A DNA stretch of 64,000 nucleotides from Lytechinus pictus (lineage: Eukaryota), in contig NC_087252.1 of assembly GCF_037042905.1 (NCBI RefSeq), positions 9,302,001-9,366,000 of the forward strand, given 5' to 3'. Position 1 is the stretch's first letter. Every line of letters begins with the position of its first letter. This document shows, in pieces, positions 51,492 through 61,130 of this stretch. The position numbers and the translations under genes were made by a program. The notes under the pieces were generated by a model. It had not been told where the DNA came from, made no database searches, and was given only the letters and a program-made list of their open reading frames with translations.

Positions 51492-54282
51492 GAAGGATGA
51501 GAAATGGATGGTTTTGCCTGGTTTGCCCACGTGCGGAGTTGGTTGGTCTGTCTGTCACTATAAACTGTCCTCTTTTCTTTACTTTGCATGTTATTTATTT
51601 CCTTTCTTTCTTCTTTTTTTTCTCTCTCTTTCTTTCTTTCCTTCTGCTTTTCTTCTTATTTTTTTTGTGTATTGTTTTGCCTTTTTGTACTGTTTTGTCT
51701 TGTGTCTTGTCGGTGTGTGTGCGTGTGTGTGTGGGGGGGGGGGGGGGAGTGAGCATGCACTCGAACCCTTTTCCGTTTTTTTATTGATAATTCATTCAGT
51801 TCAATCATTGTTGAGAAATCAACTTTCTGCATAACTACTCTATGATTTTGTGAATTTATATTGGTTATAAATGGTTAATTAATGTTACTGAATTTATCCA
51901 CTGTATATGAATATGTTAATACCATATTTTGTACGATTATTTGTATTATGGATAATTATTTGTTTTTATTGAATAGTGTTTTGTTAATATTGAATTGTAA
52001 TATCTTACAATGTACCATCACTTTGATTTTGAACTGAATGATTAATAAATATTATTACAAAACAAAATCACCGTCAACACCAAACTACGTCACTACTCGT
52101 TCGCGGTAGACTTCGACGATAAAACGAAATCCACCAACAAATTGATCAAATAAGTCCGTATTTTTTCATTTCAAAGCATGTATATTAAACATTTCAAGAA
52201 AAAGAATGTTCCCCATACACAATACGTGTGCAATGTTACTCGTTTAAATCTCATTTGACTGTTAAATACGTTTAACCACGGACATGTAAGAGAGGACGTA
52301 GCAGTCATGGGCATCTTTTGTTGTCGAGTCGTACGCTACTGTGCATGTGTGTGAGTGCTATTTTTGGTTGAATTCGTGAGTCTCATTTGGTCCATTCTGG
52401 TTGTGTCATGTTGTAGTTTAAAATAAATTATGTATACATTGTTCAAGTGGAAAAAAATCAAGTACTCAATAAAAAAAGAAAATATCCACAATTTATTGTT
52501 TGTGTCTTCCTGATACTAGGGTTAGTCTGAAAGCCAGAACTACTAAACCAAGACCAACAGCATCATCCAAATTTAGAGTTTGGCATGTCTGGAAATACTT
52601 TTTCATATCAATTGTGAATAATATTTGATTATAAAACTTTTGACTTTTTATTATTTTTTGCATTCTGTTTTATCTTGCATACGTACCAGGGGATCCATAT
52701 CCCAAAGAAAGTGTCATTTTTGTTCTGTAAAAATTAACTTGACAAGCATGAACAAAATCTTTATGTAGCGAAATAATTTTACAAGCAAACAAAGTCACAT
52801 AATGTGTACCTGCACGGCTCTAAAAGGGGAGGGAGCATGTCATACTTGGGTTTGGGGCATTTTAACAAAAACATGATATCATTATCTAACTAATTTCCAA
52901 GTTGAAGATAAAAAATACATTGATTTTGTTTTTGTGATCAATGTTGAAAAAAAAATACTACTTTTATAAATGCAATAATATTTAAAATTGACAGATTTGT
53001 CAGAATATTATCACAGTATCCACAAACCAACAAGCAACACAATTTGTGACTTGCTAGAAAAATTCAAAGTTTGATCAAATTTAGTAAACATTGAAAAAGT
53101 TTTCATGTCGGCCTAGCATTTTTAATAAGATCAAGATTCACATAAAAGACAAATGTTCCGCATTCAAGTTTTCACAATATCCGTCTTTTATTTTTCAATC
53201 ACCATAAAACACATATTTACATACCAGTACACATTTATGTCAGAATCAAGTCATCAAAAGTCATATTTCATAATAACAATAAAAATATAGAACTCTAATT
53301 GTAGGCCTAGCTACTAGAATATCGTGATCAATATGATTTATATTCTACATTGACATATCAAGTTTTCATTAGTGAAGACCTAATAATCATGTTGCAGATC
53401 TAGTCCTGACCTTAAAATTAAGCATGCCAGGGCCAAACAGGCCGCTATACATCATTACATGTACTAGGTCTTAGCCCATTGGCATTAATTTGATCTAACT
53501 TGACTTTAGATCTAAAAAGTAAAAGTAAGATAAGCCTATGCTAAAGTCATCATGGTCATATGATTTATGTAGACCGTTATTCCCGGACCAGTTACAAGTC
53601 TAGATCTAACTAAAGATTCTAGATTAAAATACGTACTGATTATCAATATCGCGTTCAACCAAAACGTTGATTTCATTGTGATTTCGATTGTGAAATCGAG
53701 ACTCTATTATTACGGGCTTAATTTGACTGGCCTTTGCTGCAGCTGGCCGACCGGTCAGCAAGGCTCCAGCTACTACATTAGCTATCCTAACGTTGGGCCT
53801 ACAGCTAGCCCGGCATTAGCTCGATCGAGGCGCAAGCGATCTCGCCGACTACCGAAAAGTAGGTCATGTGAAAGTCCAGGTCGTGAAAATTGTTTTTGCG
53901 GGAAAGGAAATCGCAATAAATTTATCTTTATTAATCGATCATCTACATTTGACACTTACCAAGAAAGCAAAGATTTGGCAAGGCTATATTCTCTTCAATA
54001 GAATTTACGGCAACAAAGTTTCATCAGGTAAGTTAATACTCGATCGACTTCATTTCCGAGGCTTTAGGCGTATCTGAAACATGTGTTGTGAAGCTAATTA
54101 GCATAAGAAATGCAAATCAGTGTTGGTCATGCGTAGACGTAGACGTACCGGTAGTCTTTTCCAATACACACAATTATTGTGCAAGCTCCGTAGTCCTTGT
54201 GTATAGAATTTGCAGTTGTAAAATCGACTTGGGATTGCTCAATCTATTCAGTCGTCCTGTTGATGAAGACTAGAATATATGG

Positions 54283-54516
54283 CAGGGGCGGATCCAGGGA
54301 TTTCTAAGGGAGATGAAATTTTTCGGAGGAAAATTTTGACAAGCCCCCCCCCCCCCCAAAAAAAAAAAAAAAAGGTTTTCAACCACAAATTAAGGTTAAA
54401 GTAAGCAAAAAAAGGTTTTCAATTTCAAAAGAGGGGGCAAACCTCGGTTTTAATGGCATTTTTACATTATACATTTTGCTTCTCAAAGTCCCCCCCCCCC
54501 CTTCGATCCGCGCCTG
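54283..54516. mobile_element. hAT-like MITE inside the Harbinger element
   Basis: CAGGGGCGGATC ... GATCCGCGCCTG, with flanks ATATATGG / CTATGTGG (6/8 match). Confidence 0.65.
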
Positions 54517-55122
54517 CTATGTGGTGTTTTTGGAAAGAGTTAATGGTGTTGTTGAGTGTTGTCGATAAAAAAATTAGACCCCCAACTTTGCTTCTCCTTT
54601 TGGGGGGCTCAGAATAGTTTATGTTGAACTTTGTTAAATTCTAAATGTGACACCATGGTCTAAACGACGAATCTGTGGTTTAGGCCTTGATAAAATAGAT
54701 GCTATCATTGCTAGCTAGGCCTAACGTTAGTAGATCTCCATCATACTAGTCTCGATAAACTCGGGCGGGGTCATGCATGTACGAGAACTTTTTCAAGCCC
54801 CCCGACCCACCACTTACACTTCCAAAAATGTTCCCTCAGTCCCCAGTATATAAAGAGATCTAACATAGTTTAGTGTCATTTGGTGCTGAATAGCGTCGTC
54901 CCACAGGCCCTCGTAATTTTGCCCCTCCGCGGGCATCAAGATTCAAAGTCTTAATGTTGTCGAGTTATGCAAGGGGGGATTGTCCGGGGAATTGTGAACA
55001 TTTAGAGAGTGTAATATATTTCCAGCCAATGCTCGTTTCTTTCCCCAACTAGCTAGTATGAGAATATAATTAAATTCTAAATATTTTTTTATAAATCCCA
55101 TCATTCCATCATTTTACAGAAT

Positions 55123-56092
55123 ATGGAATCGACTCCAAGAAAGAAAGGGGCCTGGAAGACGCATGAGATTATATCATGCCTTGACCTATATGTGGAAAAC
55201 CATTGTACCTATAGGTCGATGAAGAAGGCGGGTCAAGTCAAGGCGTTTTACGATAGCATGTGTGATCTTCTTCAACTACCAAAGGGTTGCTCAGAAAACT
55301 TGATCAAGAATTGGGGTCGTGAATACAGGGAAGAAATCAAAAGAAGCATGCAAACTGGTGTAGAGACAAGGGAACCTACAATGAGAGGTTCATCCGAGCT
55401 GTACTGCAAATATGAGAAGTACAACCAACTGTATTTCCCCGCTGGTGGACAGGTGATTAATTAAATACACTAGAGTTATACAGTGGAATTGGCCCTTCGC
55501 ATAAATAAATCAGTAAATCAATAATAAATAGATGAATAAATATATGAATGAATAGATAGATAAATAAATAAATATGGGTCCTTGAATATATCAAAACAAG
55601 AAAATCGTGAGTTGCGAAGAAAGAAAAAAGAACAAGCGAAGTACATAATGAAATTACATATAATAGTACTAAAGTTCAAGATTATTGTCCATTATACGCC
55701 TATGATATCAAAGTTAAAAAGTTTTTTAAACTGTTGTATATATGAGATTCACAAAGTACCAAGTTAACGAAATAAGGTTAATTTGGCAAGAAGTGACAAT
55801 AAACTTAAATATATGTTTCGTAAATTTGTATACTTTTCAGGTAAAGCCCCAAGCTGTGATCACGGAGGGAAGTGTCACAACTTTCGACAGTGACAATGGG
55901 GAGGCTGCTGGACCAAGCGAGCCTCATTCTTGCAAGAAGAAACGCATGAGTGCTCAAACCACTCGGGAAGAGGAGATGCTGACAGCGATTAAGGCGTTAG
56001 TTGACACAAACAAAAAGATTGCATTGGAACTAGAAACTATTAGAATGGTGCTGCACAGTTTGGAATCCAAGTGCAACAAGAATAATTCGTAG
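55123..56092 (+). CDS. Harbinger accessory Myb/SANT(trihelix)-like DNA-binding protein, 2 coding exons (55123-55452, 55841-56092), ~193 aa
   Basis: W..E...L.LY ..K.FY..M..L ..IKNW..EY ..TG pattern. Phase-0 CAG|GT..TTTTCAG intron. Basic KKKR patch and C-terminal coiled coil. It lies inside the TIRs, convergent with the transposase. Confidence 0.78.
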
Positions 56093-56160
56093 TCCTGATT
56101 TCTTGATTCTCTATTCAGCCCCCCCCCCCCTTCCGTCTGTTTTTAACAAGGCCCTCTCAC

Positions 56161-56263
56161 CATGGACCTATCCACGGAGGATTATTTTATTGTTACTGGG
56201 GGTGCTTAGCATTGTCACAGCACCCCCAGTAACAATAGATAATCTTCCGTTGCCAGGTCCATG
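56161..56263. mobile_element. 103-bp hairpin hAT-type MITE with 8-bp TSD
   Basis: CCTCTCAC|CATGGACCT ... AGGTCCATG|CCTCTCAC, almost fully self-complementary. Confidence 0.9.
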
Positions 56264-56525
56264 CCTCTCACTGTAGCCTATTTCTACTGATAACATTTCA
56301 CTTTAAAATGTGAGTAAATTGAAATCTGTCAATAAAAGGAGATTTAATTGAACTGAATTAAAAATTTTCGTGTGTTTTTACACAACTTAATTCGATGGAG
56401 AAAGTCGCAAGTGAAAGAATTATGAATGAACATTACAAAAATCAAATATTACTCCTCGAGAGAAGAATTCGAATTAGTAGTTTGTAAATCGGTTTGTGAT
56501 GTTTTACTGATCAAGAGCAAGAAAT

Positions 56526-58531
56526 TCATACGAGGTAATTTGTGTATCTGTTATGCAGATACGACATGGCAACCAAACATTTGAAGGGAAATAAAATACC
56601 TCCTTTGGCTGCCATGCGATTTTCTTGTAGTTGCGACAATCTCCATCTTAGCTGAGTCGCTCCTATCGCCCTTTCCACAATTTGTCGTAACTTCGTTACA
56701 TCAAGTTTGTATCGTTCTTCTTCAGCACTGAGATTTGGTTTAACCACTCTATGTATCATTGATGGGTGAAGATTTCTGTAGGCAGGATCTCCCAAGACGG
56801 CGTAGTCACCTGGCAAATCGTCAAGAAACTGCATGAAAGTCATGCTCCACTCTGTTGCTGTTTTGTCGTGTGTTGCTCCGGATAATCCTATATGATTTTT
56901 TTTTTAATTAGTCATCGGGAAGGGCGGGGCAGGAGAAATTTAAAAAAATAGAAAAAGAACGTTGTTAAATAATGTACACTGGGGAGGAGGTGGCAGAGTG
57001 CCCCATAAATTTATGACTCTAGTATTTGCTTTTTTTTTAAAGGAAACAAAGAAAATTAAATGCTTCCGGAAAAAGGACGTACGTGTTATGACCACCCCCA
57101 CCCCTTATGAGTAGTTGTCAGATAAAAAAAATTAATTGAATATATAGAGCCTATCAGTTGTCAGAAAATCTTCTGACGAAAATTCCAGGAAAAGATAATC
57201 ACTAGGTATAAAGCCTAATTAAAATATCAAAAAAAATCTGAAATAGGCATAATATTATAACAATAACAACATAAATTGAGGAAAATAATCCTTTCTCAAA
57301 TAGGATATGCGATATTGGAATATTAAATAGTTCTTGAAAGTGATTGTTTGAAATCGTTTTGAAAACAGGTTGTTTGGATTGATTTCCTTCCAGTGTTTGG
57401 ATCAATGACTTTTTCAAGCCTCAAGTTCATCTATAATAACTCTTATATTATTTCCGTGTTAAAAATATTTTATGAAAACACATTTACCGGTTATTATATG
57501 ACGAACTTGCCCAAATTTATCAGTAATGAGTTGGGTATTGATTGAATCACAAGATTTCCCATGACGACAACAAAAATAAGCGTCTCCCGCGTGGTCTGGA
57601 CGTTGGATTCGGGAAATGTAGCCATCAATGTAAAGGATCACTTGCTTCATCTTTATGAAGAAGAGAAGAAAAAATACAGGAGTGATTCACAAATAAACAA
57701 CAAAATAAACTTTATCCTTCAAAATTAATATAAATATATATAGAATAAACATTCAAACATTCAAATAAACAAATATCATTCCGCCCGTGATAAGGAGGGG
57801 AGCGGACTCCGGCCAATCAAATACTACGCCTATGCATGTCCCCTTTCTACTTCCAGCATATTCCATCGACACTCGCTGCTCCTTCTCTTGGTTTAAATAC
57901 CTTCTTAATATTTCTCTTTGATTTTTCTCTCTCTTTTTGATCTATTATATCCCCCCCACATTTACTTTTTCCCTAACTATTTTCTTTCTCAGTTGCAATC
58001 TTACTTCTTTGCATTTCCATCTCTTTTATTTTCATTAATTTCTCTTTCCTTTTCCCCGTGTTGGGAGAAGGTGGATCCAGATTGACCATGTGGGTGAAGC
58101 CTAGATCCACGCCTGCCTATTGGCTAACCAACAGTAGCATTACCTACCTGCCCATCTGGCATCTCAATTCGTGAACTTAATTGCTCGAATTCATGCTCAG
58201 CTCTCGGAAGCGAAATATAGTCGGATGCCTTTTTATAGATGAAATTCGTGGTCAATCTGGTATATCGAAATGCAGTTGAGGTTGCAATACCCGATGAATG
58301 TCCCTGCTGACGATAGTAACCCCTCCCGCTAGATAATTTAGTAGTGTCTTAATCATTTTTTTATGATTTTAGTTGACCACTAGGGCCCGCCCCCCTCCAT
58401 TCATTGAATTCTGCTGCCAGTTGAGGTATTTCATGTTCATTTAGCCGATAATTCTTGATGGAAGATTCTGCGGTAGATGCCGGAACTCTATTATAATTCG
58501 GGCGCCGACGATGTTGTCCGAAACGAAACAT
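56526..58531 (-). CDS. Harbinger-family DDE transposase (DDE_Tnp_4/HARBI1-like), 3 exons 58531-58148, 57650-57488, 56887-56526, ~302 aa; two compensating frameshifts in exon 1
   Basis: HTH-like LNYLAGG/YYRQQGHSSGIATSTAFRY. Catalytic motifs YIDG, GATHD, LGDPAY, VERAIG..RW and LHN. GT-AG introns with matching phases (0 and 1). Confidence 0.88.
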
Positions 58532-59094
58532 AGTTGAAATTATAACCAAACAAACAAACAAAAAAATCAAAATAAAATGAGAAAACTGAACGATGATCAC
58601 AGCATATGTACGTTAGCAACACCAACACTTGAAATCACGATTTTCCCAATCCCTGCGGGTCGGTGTTGGGGAATGGGGAAATTGCACGCAGATCGTCAAC
58701 ACCAGCTCTGATGCTCGGTTCAGCAGACGGCATTCAACACCAGCGCTCAACACGAACTACCGGAAATACGTCATATTTTCCGAGGTCAACCCCAACACCA
58801 GCCTGATTTCAAGTACGGTGTTGTGGCTGGTGTTGGTGTTGTCACAACACCAACACCAGATTTCAACACCGTACTTGAAATCACCCAATCACCGATTTGG
58901 TAATGATTTTAGTTTCTAAAACTTACATTTGTAAAGTTATATATATCAACGTATGTTTTTATATGTATGTATAAATTCCTCAACATAATTTTTAACGTTA
59001 TCTTTGATATCGTTGTAGTCATATCTTTTTTTGATCGCTACTAATTTGTTGTTGTATTGGATCGGCATTTGATTTCGTTGACATGAATTATAAA

Positions 59095-59295
59095 ATATGC
59101 GCGCAGCTCAGCTGCATGCGCGTATTGAGTTGACCTTCCTTAGAGCAACACGCTTGTCAAGGCCCTATATAAACAAGGTTGCGACACCGGAAGTAGCCGT
59201 CATTTGCTCATGGAGCTTTTGAATAGTTCCAAATTCACCGAAGTTTGTGTACAAAGTCAATGGTGGAGATTTTTCGACAGCAAATTTCAGGTACT
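59095..59295 (+). promoter_or_regulatory. Possible Pol II promoter and first exon
   Basis: CpG-rich TGCATGCGCG, TATATAAA at ~59165, ETS-type CCGGAAGT at ~59186 and donor-like CAG|GTACT at ~59290. Motif evidence only. Confidence 0.25.
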
Positions 59296-59533
59296 AACAA
59301 TTGTTATTAAGAAAAACAAAATGATAGTTTTTAAAGGGAATTTTATGTGTTTCATTTTGATATGATTGATTTGCAATAATTTTGAATTTTAACATGCTTT
59401 TTTACTAATTTTTAATAGTTCCAAGGCGTAAACATGACAGTAAAGATACGGTATGGGACTGGCAACCGTAGCCGGCAGTGCGACTGGCTCATTAGCCCGA
59501 TATACGCTGTGGTTGTGTTTGCTGACGGGTTTA

Positions 59534-59781
59534 GGGTTGGGTGTCCGGACTCACGACATCTCCTTTAATTTTGAAAAGTTTACAAAAAATACAAGCAATG
59601 TCTTTGATTTTTTTAGCACAGAATGTAAGAAAATATTATAAAGAACAAATAATGATGGTGATAAGCATTATTCAAGCTATATTTTTTGCTTTATTTTGCT
59701 GAGAAGTGAGATAAACAACAGCAAGCCTAAACTTCTACAAATACAAGGCTTCATTTGTCAGTGTCCGGACACCAAACCCCT
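59534..59781. mobile_element. Small MITE
   Basis: Inverted ends GGGTTGGGTGTCCGGAC / GTCCGGACACCAAACCC. No clear TSD. Confidence 0.55.
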
Positions 59782-61130
59782 CATTGATGTTCCACAGATC
59801 CAAAACAAATTTCCTGAAAATGAATCCCAAATTTTTTGAAATTCATAGACAATTCCTGGAATATTCCATTTTGATTTTTAATGAAAATCTGGCAATAATA
59901 ATTAATACAGTGAGCCTAAATTTGGTCCAAGAAGTGACCAAAATCAAGAAATTAAACATTTTTTGTTCATCATGTCCTCTTGAAAAATAGGAACAAAATT
60001 ACGAAATGACGAGCGCAGAAAATTTTGAGCTCCGACGACGGAGCCTATGTCTGGATCCGGAGGAAGATCTAATGTTAGATCTAAATCTTTGTAAAATATT
60101 ACATATGAATATTTTAAAGTTGCTACGGTAAATTGTCATTTAATTGTAATCATGGGCGGATCCAGGATTTTCCAAAAGGGAGGCACATTTTCCTGAGGAA
60201 AAAATTGACATACAAAAATAAAAGGGACTTCACGTTCAAAGGGGGGGGGGCACACTTTTGCATTTCTACATTACAATTTTTAATTTGGCTTCTCAAGGGG
60301 CCCCCCTTGTAATTTTTGGATTTCCCTGAATTTCCTGGATTTTTTTTCATTTCTGGAACGTTTCCTGGAAAAAGTAAACATTTCTCGAATTGCGGGAAGA
60401 GTGGAAGCACCCCATCCTCTTGCACTCTCCAACCACTCTTTCTGTCTTGAGTCTATGCAACATTCATGTACAATGCACACTCAAAAAGACAGATCCATTC
60501 AGTTATTTGTTTTCATTCTAGACTTAGAAATCTTTTTTTTTTATTCACAAGAGTGCTCAAAAACTTTTAATTTTGAGCATATTTTTGTGAGGCCCTCTGT
60601 GACTGATGCAGATCTTCATCTCCACAGACTCTCTGTTTAATCTCTTTTTAATTAGAAAAAAAAATAATAAATTTCAAGAATTCAATTTAGTTTGGTGCCA
60701 TGGCATTTTTTATGATGATAAATTCACTGTATGGTCAAAATTGACTGTTCCAAATTATCAAGTATTCATCCAGTCTAGATCAAGAGAAAATTGACAATCT
60801 TGTTGACAATCTTGTTCACCACACATGTTACTAACTGCGGACAAGGTTATCACAACCTTGTGATAAAAGTGGTGTTAGCTTAGCACTGCATTTTTTAAAA
60901 GTGGTTTTAGACCACATGGATGTTATCACAACCATGTAGTATTGGACAAGTGCCCCTATCATACCACTAGTTGCATGTCCGGACAGGTCTAGACCAAACA
61001 TTTCTTCTACTAGGCCAAGTAATTTGAAATGGTTTGGAATTAAAATCAATTCTTTGTAGTTTTTCAAAGAAACTTTAAAGGCCTAATTTAGCATACATGC
61101 ACATGTAGACCTCTACTCTGTTGATATGCG

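Larger units (their letters stand above)
42503..52066 (+). mobile_element. Near full-length L1/Tx1-type non-LTR retrotransposon insertion (including 311 bp of captured 5' DNA)
   Basis: TSD ATCACCGT at 42495-42502 and 52067-52074. Contains ORF1, a 3.2-kb spacer, ORF2 (APE-RT-zinc knuckle), AATAAA at ~52044 and a short A-rich tail. Confidence 0.92.
42369..58886. mobile_element. PIF/Harbinger (PHIS superfamily) DNA transposon, two genes, AAT TSD (Pangu-like)
   Basis: AAT|GGGTGATTTCAATACGGTGTT ... AACACCGTACTTGAAATCACCC|AAT. Encodes a DDE transposase (-) and a Myb/SANT-like protein (+). About 6.9 kb without the L1 insert. Confidence 0.9.

Noticed and set aside
53678..54273. Possible third gene within the Harbinger element
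   Set aside because: Short ORFs with non-ATG starts, no motifs and no convincing exon chain.
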